The notes below the pieces were generated by a model that saw only the letters and a list, made by a program, of their open reading frames with translations, had not been told where the DNA came from and ran no database searches. Both the position numbers and the translations under genes were made by a program. 64,000 bases of DNA from Octopus vulgaris (taxonomy: Eukaryota), in the NCBI GenBank assembly GCA_951406725.2, contig OX597818.1, positions 130,138,001 to 130,202,000 on the forward strand, read 5' to 3'. Of this stretch, positions 39,194 to 52,473 are shown piece by piece. The first letter of the stretch is position 1; each line of letters starts with the position of its first letter.

Positions 39194-39547
39194 GCACATA
39201 ACATATACAATATATACATCTTACATCACACGCACACATACACACACACACCATATATTCATTACCCTGCGTGCATAAGCAAAATCATGATATTGTATTC
39301 ACTTGTCATTGTCTGTGTGTTTGCAAAATTACTGGAAAATGGCAGAATAGATTTTCAACAAATTAGGCAGAAATACTCATTAGCTAAGTTGCTCAAAATG
39401 ATGGAAATTTGGTTTGATTATCTTCAAACATACATAAATACATACATAGACGCATGTGCAGTGATGGATTTGAGTGTTTCATTTATTTATGAGTTATTTC
39501 TTAATTTCAATGATGATGATTGAAATAAAAAAAAAATTTTAAATTGG

Positions 39548-40065
39548 ACTTACAAATTTCCCTATAAGGAAGTGGTCATATTATTTATATCCTACAAAGA
39601 ACTACAGTATGTTTGATTCACCTACCATTATTGAAAGATGTTCAAAACTCTTCTCAAATTCTATGCAATGTCTTCTATAAGCATTTCCTTTTGTTCCCTT
39701 TTTTCCATAAAATCAACTCTCATCTGAATGTGTATAGATCATGGTGTACCTATATGTATAGATACGTGTGGGTACATACATATATACATAAATACATACA
39801 TAGATATGTGACTGTGCCTGCATGTATATGTATGTGTGTGATAGAAGGTTTCACTTATTTATGAGTTGATTTAATTTCACTGGGGTTAGAAAAGAATCAA
39901 ACTTACAAATTTTGCGATCAGCAAGTGGTTATATTACTTATATTCAACAATGAACTACAGTATGTTTGATTCACCTGCCATCATTGAAAGACATTCAAAA
40001 CATTTCTCAAATTCTATGCAATATTTTTTATAAGTATTTCATTTTGTTTACTTTCTTTTTCATAA
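39548..40065. repeat. Old direct duplication (~165 bp, copies 353 bp apart)
   Basis: acttacaaattt...gaactacagtatgtttgattcacct...ttctcaaattctatgcaat at 39548 and 39901. Confidence 0.8.
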
Positions 40066-40499
40066 TCATGATTACTATTTGAATAATGAATTATTTAGTC
40101 ATAGGCAAATTGTATGTTGAACTTTCCAAAACAAACTTTGATTTTCTTTGCCAACTTGTATTTTAGCATTTCCCTGTAAAACTACTAAAATAGAAAGTTT
40201 TTTTGTGTTTTTGAATAAGCAGAATTCTTCAGTGAAAAATTGGAGAAGAATCTCCATTTTATGTTACTTTTTTCTTAATATTAATTCCAACCCTCCTAAA
40301 ATAACATTCAAATTTCTTTGCCAATTTGTATTTTAACGTTTTCATGAAAACAATTTGGGAAAAATTTATCTGCACACTGGGAATGGATCACTCCTCTGAT
40401 GCCTATTTTTTTTCATTATACATATATTATATATATGTCTATATTATGCACTTTATGTATACATGCAATATATGCATTATACATATATATATAAATGAC

Positions 40500-40955
40500 T
40501 GGTAGAACTAAATATGTTTCTACAAAAGCAGAAATGCACTGAAAGGCTAATAAATCATGCTATAACCAAAGCAAAACTAATTCCAGTCTCTGCTATCAAT
40601 CATCAAATCTCCAAGAAATAATCTTAAAAATTCACAAATCATCAGCAACCAAAGACAACAACAAAATCTCAAAAGACTAACAAATGCAAGATTCACATTA
40701 GAGAAAGAAGTAATAGAGGTAACAACTTGTGGTGACCCTCATTGTAGGACATGTGAAATAATTAAAGAAAGAACAATGTAAAGATTCAAGAATGAGAAGG
40801 AATTGAAACCAAATGGAAACCTGAATTGCAAAATAAAAAATTCTCATCTACTGCCTCATACCCCTGCAGTGCAATGAAAATTACATTGGGGAAACAGGAA
40901 CTAAACTAACCAGCCATGTAGATGTGAATAAACAGCAAACTAAAGATTTATCTCT
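40500..40955 (+). mobile_element. Penelope-like element fragment 1 (linker plus GIY-YIG endonuclease start)
   Basis: Translates ELNMFLQKQ...LINHAITKAK ... RQQQNLKRL ... CGDPHCRTCEII ... NLNCK...LIYCLIPLQCNENYIGETG. Confidence 0.8.
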
Positions 40956-40964
40956 TAGAAATGG

Positions 40965-41400
40965 TCCAAATGCAAAGCTTTACACAACAACCATGAAACT
41001 AATGGTTAACAAATGTGGATGAAAAACTGTGGAACATGCCCCAACCTACTAGAAAGCTCAGAATTCCAATTCAAAGAAGGTGAGAGGTTCACAATTAAGA
41101 CAAACTTCACTTGTGCATCTTAGAATTTAATTTTTGTTATAACTTGTTGAGGTTATGGACATAACTATATAGGACAGACAAGTATGACCCTTAGACAGAT
41201 AACAATACTACATAAGGAACATATCTGTTTCCCAAAGTATTGACAGATATCTTTGAGTTAACACTTAGAGAGTTTTGTGTAAGGAATTTCCAATCAAGTT
41301 TCACAGTTTTCCCCATCTACCAGTGCAAAGAAACAATTTCTGTATAAGAACGTTTAAATAAAGAAAATTTATTTATGCTTAAATATGAATGCATAACCAA
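40965..41400 (+). mobile_element. Penelope-like element fragment 2 (different family, GIY-YIG)
   Basis: Translates KCG..NCGTCPNLLE...FTIKTNFTCAS*NLIFVITC*GYGHNYIGQTSMTLRQ...HKEHI...FTVFPIYQ...RLNKENLF. Confidence 0.8.
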
Positions 41401-44026
41401 CTTTGTCTCAGTATATATTTTAATTCATGATCACATACCCATCAGTGTACATATTTCATCTGACTACTTTAGCTTATGAGTTTTGTATGTTTATTTATCC
41501 CACCCCAAAAATGAGCCATTACCTCCCCTGTCCCGAGTAATAACTGTCACCAGTTACCTCCCCTTAGATTTTTCTACATGCTGATTCATTCACAAACTTT
41601 CATACAAGAATATGGACTAAAATCTTTTTAAGAAAAATCGAAGTTACAGAAATTTCAATGTCATGATTAGTGAAACAGAAACTGATCGACAACCACAATA
41701 CTCTTTCATTTTAAATACATCAAAACTATGTAAATTGTGTACATTTTTCTTCTTTTATTTTATATATATATATTTTTTTACACACACACACACACATACA
41801 TACATACACACATACATACATACACATGCATATATATATATGCATGTGTGAAAACTCCATTTGTATGATACATTCATATCTCATAAGACAGAGTTTCAAT
41901 AAAGTAATTTCTTTTAGCATATAACACTATTTTTAACTTATGTCCATTGCAAGACACATCATAGAACTATTACTGAACCAGTTTGGGAAGTATAGGAAGG
42001 TGTAGAGTAACCTTGTCAGTAAGTAAAGTTAGCAAACGAAAAATATTTAATTAAAATTATTTTTATACAGAAAAAAATCAGTATTGATAATAATTATTGT
42101 TAAAAAATTGAAGGAGACTATTCCTGAAAATATAAACTGAATGGTTCATGCAATGAAGAGTGGGTTTGTAAAGTAGGTAATGAAGTTCTTTCACAAAATT
42201 GTAATACTCTGAATATCATCAGAGATGTTCAAAGTAGCCTAGTTTAAGAGATACACATAGAGAAAATGAACAAAAGGATAGAGTGTGGGAATGGGAAAGA
42301 GAGAGAGAAGGAGAGCAAGAGAGACGTGATAGAAGAGATGTAGACAGACAGATGCTAGGATTGGAAACAATAAATGTGAAGAAACCAAAGAACTCTTTAC
42401 TGTGTCTACCAGTAGAGGCTGACACAGAATATTTTGGTTATAATGAAGTATTCAATGGAAGGAAAAATTTCAAATTTTAAAAAAATTTCAACTTTGAAAA
42501 ATTTTCTCAAAAGGGAATTTGTGAAGGATATAAGGGAAAGGGAATATAAGGTGGAAATTCTCTATAGCTGGGGCCATATATATTAACCAGGAATCAATAG
42601 TTCTACAGTTGAATGTTCATAGTTTCAATTTAAATTGTTCCTATTCTTCTTTGCCAGTGAAGAAATAAGATATATTCTATAAAAATAGAGGTAAAAAGAA
42701 GAAACTTCAGTTGGAAAAAAAGCATTATAGAATATAAAACAGTTTCAAGTAAATATATATGTGTGTGTGTTTGAGGAGGTTTGTGTACATGTATTTATTA
42801 AAAAATGTATAATATTCCAACAGCTTTCTTTCCTTTGTATTTTTTTAATGCACATTTTATTTCAAAAGACTGTTATACTTCTGTTTCCCTTCTGTTCTGT
42901 TCATATTGAAGTTAAGAAGGAAAATAAAAAAGAAAAGACGACAGAAAAACAAAAGTGCAAAAGAAAGGAAGTTGTTAAAAAATATTTTTAAAAAATGAAA
43001 CAAAAAAGATGAATACAAAAATAAAAGGAAATGATTGAAAACTTATCTGTCTTTTATATTATTTCAAAACTGTCCCAGAAGCAATACAGTAGTAGAACAA
43101 GAGAATAAAAGAAATAGTCTCCAAGATAATATTGAACTTACTGGATCTATAAGTAGAGAGAGACGGTGCGAGTGAATGGGTGATGAAAAAGAAAACGGTT
43201 GTCTCAATGAATTCTTTGTTATATAACTAAGGACGAAAATACTGAACAACAATAGGAATTTTTGTTTATTTGTAAAAGGAAACAAAATGAAAGAAATGAC
43301 AACAACAAAAATTCAGTTTGATTTTTCCTTTTTTTTTTTTTTTTTTTAAATGGCCAACAAAAATCGCAAGAGAAAGTAAGAAATTATATGAAATAAGTCA
43401 TACTAAGTCCACTTGTATGTTGTGCTATTGCAAACCTACAGAGAGGAGGAGGAGGAGGAAAAAGACAGAAAACGAATGAGAAAGAAATCAGAAAAATGAA
43501 AAAAAAAAAATGGAAAAAAGATCAGAAAAGGAATAAGAGAGAAGGAAGGTAAAAAAAAACGATGTGGAAGGAGATGAAAATGAAAATGTCAAAGATGATA
43601 ACAAATAAGAAGGAAAGGAAATAATGAGGGAATTCAATAAATTTTGATATAAGTGCTAGATAACAGTTGAGGAAAGAGTATTAAGAATAAGAAAAATATA
43701 CAGCAGAACACTTTATCATTATGATTCTGGAAAATATCAATTTCTGATAGAAGCACAAGAGGACCATAAATTTACTGCCAGGTGGATGATGGGTGCATAG
43801 TTTTTCCTAACATCCACCCAGAACTTAGTTGGAGTTTTATTTTATTTCATCCATCCCCATTGGTGGGTAAAAGTAATACAATTACCACAAAATATTTTGT
43901 CTATTGCTCTATCAATTCAGCCAGTCCTCTGCCACTGCCCTTACAATAACCAACCCATCACCCTTACAACCACCAAACCCAGTCTATTATAGAATATCTT
44001 TTTAAAAAAAAATGTTCTTGCTAATA

Positions 44027-44420
44027 AGCATAGCTGTGTAGATTAGAAACTCACTTTGAAACCATGTTTTCAGGTTCAGTCCCATTGCACCTTGGACAAG
44101 TATCCTCAACTATAGCCCTGGGCCAACAAATATTTTCTGAGCGAATTCGATAGATGGAAACTGTAAAAGCCCATCATATGTACATATATGGTGTGTGTGT
44201 ATTTGTCCTCCCACCATGGTTTGGCAAAGGAATAATGCTGTTTAAATCCCTGGAATTTAACTGTTTGGTAACAGAAACCACCAAAACGAACAGAATAAGT
44301 ACTAGACAAAAAAGAAAAAAATATTCAAGTTGATCTGCTCAACTAAAAAAAAAAAAAAAGAACTCTTCAAAGTAATGCCCTGTATGGCTACAGCCCAATG
44401 ACTAAAGCCAGTGAAAGATA
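44027..44420 (+). mobile_element. Old family A SINE
   Basis: Diverged but colinear with young copies. Confidence 0.7.
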
Positions 44421-44888
44421 ATAGCTTACATAAAATCTTTCTACATCGAAAATAGAATATTCCGTAGTAAAGAACACGGAAGAGATTTATGTCAATGTAC
44501 ATGTGAAGCAGAGGCCAATCTGCCAAGAATTCGTTCATAATAATTTCTAGCAATGGACTTCATCTAAAACGTTATGTTTCCATTCCATCAATGATATGCA
44601 CATCTCCTTAGTTCTAACAATTATGTCTATAGAAAATACGAAATCAGGAGAGTGTACATAGTGTATTTTTATCCCTTTTACTTTCATTGTCTGTGATATT
44701 TTCACCATTGCATAGGGATGTAAAATCTATATTAAAGGTTTCTTTTTAGGTGTATTTTAAATATGGAAGTGTCAGATGTAGTCATGTAGGACATGTAGGG
44801 TGTGAACATGGAGTACTATCTATGATAGTTAAGATGGTCACATGTGTAACAAATAAGCAGATTACACAAGGAACTAAACTGGCCTCCC

Positions 44889-45117
44889 ATATCATTTTAA
44901 TGCCCACTTTTCCATGGTTGCTTGGGGCTGATGGAATATGTTGAGGTAGATTTTCTATGACCAGATATCCTTCTGGCACCAACCCTCACCTTAATTCAAG
45001 TAAGATGATGTTACCTGTTGGCTGAACATATTTTCATGGGAAATTTAAAATGAACGACAACATTTTTATGAAGGTGATGCAAATACATATATTTTACCTT
45101 TCTCTCTCTCTTTCTCG

Positions 45118-45150
<33 letters not shown>

Positions 45151-45343
45151 TGTATATGGAGAGAGAGAAAGAGGGAGTGAGATAAGACAGGCTTTTTCAG
45201 TTTCTGTCAACTAAATCTGCTTATAAGTCTTTGGCTAGCCTTGGGCTATAGAAGAAGAGGTTTGCCCAAGGGTCCAAGCAGTGAGACTGAATCCAAACCC
45301 ATGTGGTTTTGAAGTGAACAACTGCATTGCTACTCTGGCACCC
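44889..45343 (-). mobile_element. Old family F mosaic SINE
   Basis: A-type head at 45188-45343, then microsatellite, family F body and B-type tail. Confidence 0.6.
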
Positions 45344-45431
45344 ACATGTACTTTGTAATCAGAGACACAAATGGAGAAATACATTGATCAGATACAGACA
45401 TATAGATTAAATTTTAAATATGTAAATATAG

Positions 45432-45889
45432 AATGGTTGTATACTGTCAATCTAACAAGAACGTGACAGTAGGGGGTACACCACCGCTGTATAGCCCTAG
45501 GAAGCATCAAACGCCTCCTGATAGCTTTGACACATTTTTTCCCTGTGTCCTTATATACATATACGAAGGGGAGACAAACGCCCCCGGCCGCCGGAACTGC
45601 ATCTAGGGACACCGTGTTTCAGAATCGTTGTCCTTCATCGGCCTAGAGTAGCAGACACCGGTCAGCTGGTTCCGGCGGCCGGGGTGTTTGTCGCCCCTTC
45701 GTATATGTATATAAGGACACAGGGAAAAAATGTGTCAAAGCTATCAGGAGGCGTTCGATGCTGCCTAGGGCTATACAGCGGTGGCGTACCCCCTACTGTC
45801 ACATTCTTGTTAGATTGACAGTATACAACCATTCTATCGCCCCACCACCGTACATGTCTCTACGAGAGATTTAGAAATTCAATATTTCT
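45432..45889. mobile_element. Foldback non-autonomous element (probably Penelope-derived) with ~170-bp arms
   Basis: Arms 45428-45597 and 45669-45837 differ by about 6 substitutions and 1 indel. A 52-bp extension lies on one side only. TSD tatgtaaatatag at 45419-45431 and 45890-45902. Confidence 0.9.
45597..45654 (-). ncRNA. Type I hammerhead ribozyme (variant core CCGAUGA)
   Basis: Minus strand reads CUGC UAC UCUAGG CCGAUGA AGGA CAACGA UUCU GAAA CA CGG UG UC | CCUAGA U GCAG. All three stems pair and the cleavage triplet is GUC. Confidence 0.75.
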
Positions 45890-46814
45890 TATGTAAATAT
45901 AGTTACTGATTAAGTTCTTAGGTTAGGGAGAGTGTGTTGTCAGCAATTGAAAAACTCTGACTTTAAACATGGGTCAGGTATGACTGTGTGGTTACAAAGC
46001 TCACTCGATAACCACGTTGTTCTGGATTTGATCCTGATGCATGATGCCTTAAGTGTCTTCTACAACAGCCTAAAGCAATGCCACACAAGTAAAATTTAGT
46101 GGATGGGAAGTGTATGGATTTTATAGCAGTTCTTTAAATAAACATATTGTTGAAATGATTCGAAAGAAGACAATAAAAAATGTTCTGGTGATAATTGAGT
46201 TAATTTAAGTAGCTTGTAAACCCTTTAACTTCTAGAAAAGCTGAATTGGTAAGAGTGACAGAGATGTCTTGTGAAACTTAGATACAGACCATTACATTCT
46301 GTGAAGGTGTGGTTAAGGTGATGGTTCATCATTATTAGGTCTTGAGTTCCATTCTTGGATCAGACAGTATTTTGTGTCCTTGAGCAAGAAACCTCTTTTC
46401 CCATTGCTCTTGTCCATGTAGCCGAAAATGAGTGTGCTGTAGCTGGGTGGGTGGCTAACTATGTGATAAACTAACATTCTGTTTAGGAAGAGGGAGTCTT
46501 TTACTCTCAGTCACCTAAACATGTCAGAAATCTGCATAATCTTTAGCCTCAAGATTAATTTGGTTTGAGGTAGAATTTATTTCTTTTTTATGTTAGATGG
46601 TATACCGTAAGTTCAAATCCTTCTGAGGTTAACTTTGGATACCTTTTTTTTTTTTCTGGGGCTAATAGAAAAGAATGTAACAGGTGCTTTTATCAACTTT
46701 ACCTTCTCTGTAATTTGTAGCTACATGTCCATGCTAAAAATCAACATTATTACAATAATAGAACCTCTAAGGAAATATAGTTGAGTAGGTTTCCAAGTTG
46801 CACTAAATACAGGG

Positions 46815-47213
46815 TTATACGGTTAAAAAGTTCACAATTCACAACCACATGGGTTTGTGTTTTGTCCCACTGCATGGCACCTTGTGCAAGTGTCTTCTAT
46901 TATAGTCACAGGCCCACCAATGCCTTATGAGAGTAGATTTTGTAGGTAGAAACTTTATGGAAGCCCAAACATAAGTGTGTGTGTGTGTCTGTGTATGTTT
47001 ATGTGTTTGTGCGTTTATGTGTGTGTGTGTGTGTTTATGATGTCTCTAATCCCTTGACAACTGGTATTGGCTTATCTATCTTCTTATAACTTAACAGCTC
47101 TGCAAAAAGAGACTAATTAAATAAGTACTCGACATAAGAATATAAGTACTGGAATTGATTTGATTGGCTAAAACCAGTCTTGTAGCAGTTCACCAAGTGG
47201 AACAAATAAAAGA
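46815..47213 (+). mobile_element. Old family A SINE
   Basis: Diverged but colinear with young copies. Confidence 0.7.
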
Positions 47214-47434
47214 GAATACCAGTAATAACTAAAGCACTTCCTCTCCTACATTTTCTAAAGACTTTGGCAAACTGGGTTGATGGGTGGTAGTGGTGGTGGT
47301 GGGGATAATATTTCTATCAGTTTGATTGAATTAGTGCAGTTGCTAATATTACGGCAAATGTAAACAGCTTACTCTCTCCCCCGAAATTACTGACCTTATG
47401 CCAAATTTTAAAATCAATATTATAGCAAATTTTA

Positions 47435-47666
47435 AGGTGGTGAGCTGGCAGAATCAGAAGCATGCCAGGCAAAATGCTTAGTGGCATTTTATCCATCCTT
47501 ACATTCTGAGTTCAAATTCCACCAAGGTCAATTTTGCTTTTCATTCTTTCAGGGTCAATTAAGTGTCAGTTAAACACTGGGGTCAATGTAGTTGACTAGT
47601 TCCCTCCCCATAAATTTTGGGCTTGTGCCTATAGTGGAAAGGATCATTATTATCATTATTATTATT

Positions 47667-47701
<35 letters not shown>

Positions 47702-47930
47702 TGATAATAATAATAAAGTGAGCTAGCAGAATCATTACCATGCCAGACAAAATGCTTAGTAGCATTTCACCCATCCTTAATATTCTAAGTTCAAATTCCG
47801 AGGTCAATTTTTGCCTTTCATCCTTTCAGGGTTGATAAAATAAGTACCAGTCAAATAATGGAGTCAAAGTGATCAATTTACCCTCTCCTCAAAATTACTG
47901 GCATTGCACGAAAATGCGAAGCTAATATTA
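47435..47930 (+). mobile_element. Two tandem old family C SINEs separated by (AAT)n
   Basis: gagct(g/a)gcagaatc...aaaatgcttagt...gttcaaattcc...ctttcat(c/t)ctttcaggg occurs twice. Confidence 0.8.
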
Positions 47931-48519
47931 AAGAAAAAAATTATCAGCAGTTAGAGTTTGCATCATCCAGTTTTGATCCTCAGATCACAGCCGCACTAAT
48001 GATGCATGCTCATGTGTAAACTCTGAAAACTCTACGTTCCCCCCCATTTCCCTTCTTCTAACTTGCAGAGGTTTCATGTCTTAATATGAAATATTTATAA
48101 AGAAACTTAAAATAAAAGACAAAATGTCTTTATTAGAAATGAGCAAAGAGGTTTCTAGAAAATAAAATTACATTAAGCTCACACACACACATACACACAC
48201 ACAAACACACACACACAGATGCATGTGCATACATAGATATTTACACAATGGTGTAATTGTGCAACTTACAAAAGCACATTTCTATATTTTCATGATGGCT
48301 TATCTCCATGCAATCCTAGCACCTCATTGATTATGGTAAAAGTAAAATAGCTAGGTGTATATCAAGTCTTTTGTTGTGAGTTACATCTAAGGTGTAATAA
48401 TATTAATAGAACAATTTAACATATTGTAAATTCATATAAAGAGAAGTATCACCATCAGCATTATCATTTCTCTTTAAACTTTATGTGAAGCTCCAAAAAA
48501 GAAAATTGAAGCTGTATAT

Positions 48520-48520
<1 letters not shown>

Positions 48521-48579
<59 letters not shown>

Positions 48580-48910
48580 CAGCAGTAGTAGTAGTATTAA
48601 AATATAGATTTGTGGCCGTTGCTGTAGTCATTGGTGATGATGATGATGATCATCATTATGAAATAGAGGATAGTGGTCAGAAGAAAGGTAGATGTAATGG
48701 TGGTGGTAGTAGTATTAGTAGTAGTAGTAGTAGTAGCAGCAGGAGCAGGAGTAAAATACAGTTTTGTTGCTGCTGCTGCTGCTGCTGATGATGATCATCA
48801 TCATTATGAAATAGAAGGCTGTGGTCAGAAGAATGGTAGATGTAAAGATGGCAATAGTAGTAATGGTGGTGGTGGTGGTGGTAGCAGGAGTAGTAGTAAT
48901 GCTGATATGC

Positions 48911-48941
<31 letters not shown>

Positions 48942-48942
48942 A
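48521..48942. repeat. Compound trinucleotide microsatellite cluster containing a duplicated ~55-bp unit
   Basis: (AGT)n, (GAT)n, (GCT)n and (GGT)n; catcattatgaaataga...gtggtcagaagaa.ggtagatgtaa appears twice. Confidence 0.85.
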
Positions 48943-49503
48943 AAGGTAATGGCAATAAGGAAGGGGGGTTTTGTAATAAAAATATTATTGAGTATGATGA
49001 CGGTCCTAACGATGATTATGAAGCCTACATTTCTACAACATCTATAATTAGTTTTGTACTGTTTCTGCATCATGCTTGCTCTAAATTTTAATTTAATTTT
49101 AACTTTTAATTTTAACTATAAAAAAAAAAAAAGCAAAAAAAAAAAAATTATATAATAAATAAATAAACTCACCCACCTCCATTCCAGTTTCCTTTTTAAC
49201 CAAAAATGCCAGTCTTTGGTTGAATGAATATCTTCATTAGCGAAATCTTTCTCAGTACAACATTATCAAATCTTTCCATTTTCCTCGGCTTTTGTGTCAT
49301 CAACGCATCTACACACACAAACACACACACATGCTCCAAGTTGACTGTGTATATAACATCATACCAATATTTCTTGTACATCAATATCATTAATAACATC
49401 AACGAGGGGAAGGAAGTGGAGGGACGTGCTGTGGCTGGGAATATGGATGCAAGGAGGGAAATACCTAAGAAAATATTCCAAGAGCAACAGAAACATATAT
49501 ATA

Positions 49504-49551
<48 letters not shown>

Positions 49552-49553
<2 letters not shown>

Positions 49554-49581
49554 AAATGGAGAAAGGATGACGTTTGTGTGC

Positions 49582-49625
<44 letters not shown>

Positions 49626-49654
49626 AGAAATGGAGAAAGGATGACGTTTGTGTG

Positions 49655-49702
<48 letters not shown>
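49552..49702. repeat. Tandem duplication of a unique 30-mer plus microsatellite
   Basis: agaaatggagaaaggatgacgtttgtgtgcgtgtg followed by (ta)n occurs twice. Confidence 0.85.
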
Positions 49703-49726
<24 letters not shown>

Positions 49727-49873
49727 AAGAGGGAAGCATACAAAGCAAAGATTCTGGCTACATCAGAATTCATTGTGTGAGGTTTTGACATCATTCTAGG
49801 CCTCTTTAAAGATTTCCAGAGTAGACAATAAAAGCACTTGTCTGCTTGCAGCTCTACAACAATATCTTACGAT

Positions 49874-49924
<51 letters not shown>

Positions 49925-50986
49925 TATATACACATATACATATACATATATATGTATATATATATACACATATACATATACATGTATATATGTATACATG
50001 TACATATTGATGTACATGTACATGTATATAAATGTATGCATATGTCAGTGGGTGTAGGCATGTATTTATACATGTAGATATTTGTGTATGTGTATATATA
50101 TATATATATATACTTACATATGGTATTATACACATATATGCACATGTTATATATATATATATGTGTATGTATGTATATACACACACACAAATAAGTGTAT
50201 GTATATTATATATATATATATATATATATGCATGCACATATTTTCATATATATAGTTATGCATACACATATGTACATTTTATATAAATATATATATGCAA
50301 ATATATATATATATTTACCATACACACACACACACCCAAACATGTATATCTGTTATACATGCACAAACATATATATGATATACATATGAATTATAGATAT
50401 ATATATATATATATATATATGTATACACACACAAATATATATATATATATGTATAAATATAATCTAGAAATGAAAGGCATGGACATATATCTATGTCCAT
50501 CCAATGTACAACAATCTACTTTGAAGCTATTGATAAATGGGTTGGTTTCTCAGTCAAGTTATTGAATTTCTGTAAGAAGGCAGAAATCAAAACCTTGGTG
50601 CTATAATGGAGAAAACCTTGCCAATTATCCTACCTAAGGTAGGTTTCTCTACTTATTGAATACATATATTAAAATCCTCTTTCTCAGGGAATGTTTGCAA
50701 ATGATCGGTTTTACATTGCAGAGCCACAATCTCTTAATCTTTGAAGTCACTGGGTAATGTAATTTCTTCATATGCATTGTCAGAATGGAATTCATGGAAT
50801 ATTGGTATTCTTCTATAACAACTACCACAGCGACAATAGCACGCTTAACAATACTACTACTACTACTACTTGTAGTAGTAGTAGTAGAAGTAGTGGTATA
50901 ACTTGCTGGCACTAGTAAAAACAACATTTATAAGAGTATTGAGGGGGATAACAGAAGCAGTAATAGCAATATCAGCTGCAAAAACT

Positions 50987-51033
<47 letters not shown>

Positions 51034-51544
51034 CGCAGCAACAGCCCTTGTGTTTATACTATGGAATGAAATTGGAGATGTACACTATTATATACAAAAC
51101 ATTTTTGATGGATAAACAAATATTTAAAATTAAATGTAAAATATATATCTACATTTATATCTATCTATCTATCTATCTATCTATATATATATATATATTT
51201 AGAGAGAGAGAGAGAGATGGAGAAGCACATATGTATGGACGGGCATGCATACATACATACATACATAACCTCGGATTTTCAGTGCAATCTGTGAGTGGAA
51301 CAGAAAAAATATGCAAGACTTTTCTCAAGTTCCAAATGTGAATTTGTCTGTGTTAACTACATCCCAAAGATGGAGCCTTGTATCCTTGTTGGAAACCAGC
51401 TCCCACCTCAGTGGAAGATTGTTAATAATTAGAAAAATAGAAGAGACACACACACATACATACATACATATACTTACATACATACATACATATACTTACA
51501 TACATACATATACATACATACATACACATACATACATACATACA

Positions 51545-51707
51545 GGCACAGGAGTGGCTGTGTGGTAAGTAGCTTGCTAACCAACCACATGGTTCCAGGT
51601 TCAGTCCCACTGCATGGCATCTTGGGCAAGTGTCTTCTGCTATAGCCTCGGGCCAACCAATGCCTTGTGAGTGGATTTGGTAGACGGAAACTGAAAGAAG
51701 CCTGTCG

Positions 51708-51740
<33 letters not shown>

Positions 51741-51933
51741 GTGTGAATTTGTGTGTCTGTGTTTGTCCCCCTAGCATTGCTTGACAACCGATGCTGGTGT
51801 GTTTATGTCCCCGTCACTTAGCAGTTCGGCAAAAGAGACCGATGAATAAGTACTGGGCTTACAAAGAATTTGCTCGACTAAAGGCGGTGCTCCAGCTTGG
51901 CCGCAGTCAAATGACTGAAACAAGTAAAAGAGT
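51545..51933 (+). mobile_element. Young family A SINE with a ~15-nt internal deletion
   Basis: Complete head and tail; aagtcccggggtcga is missing. Confidence 0.95.
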
Positions 51934-51964
<31 letters not shown>

Positions 51965-52167
51965 TACATACATACATATGTCACTTCTATTTTTTTTTTA
52001 ATCCAAAGATGACCTGGGGCAGCTAATGTACTTCAGTCAGTGGACTGTGGGTTCCAGTTCAGTTTTATGCACTTTTCTCAAATATGAAAATGCATACAGC
52101 ATATTAAGATTTATTAAGGCTTTACAAAGTTGTACGATAGCAGAAATATATATATATATATATATGT

Positions 52168-52320
52168 TTGGCGTTAGGAAGGGCATCCAGCCGTAGAAAC
52201 ACTGCCAGATTTGACTGGGCCTGATGAAGCCTTCTGGCTTCACAGACCCCAGTAGAACCGTCCAACCCATGCTAGCATGGAAAACGGACGCTAAACGATG
52301 ATGATGATGATGATGATGAT
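52168..52320 (+). mobile_element. Family B 3' end
   Basis: ttggcgttaggaagggcatccagcc...gcatggaaaacggacgctaaac followed by (gat)n. Confidence 0.85.
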
Positions 52321-52473
52321 ATGTGTGTGTGTGTGTGTGTGTATACACAAATAAACAAATATATATATATATAATAACAAAGGGTAAAATTAATTAATTA
52401 AGAAGTAATCAATAAATTTCACCAAGTAGGATTCGGTATGAAAACAGGACCGCTAACACGGTAAATTTTAGTA

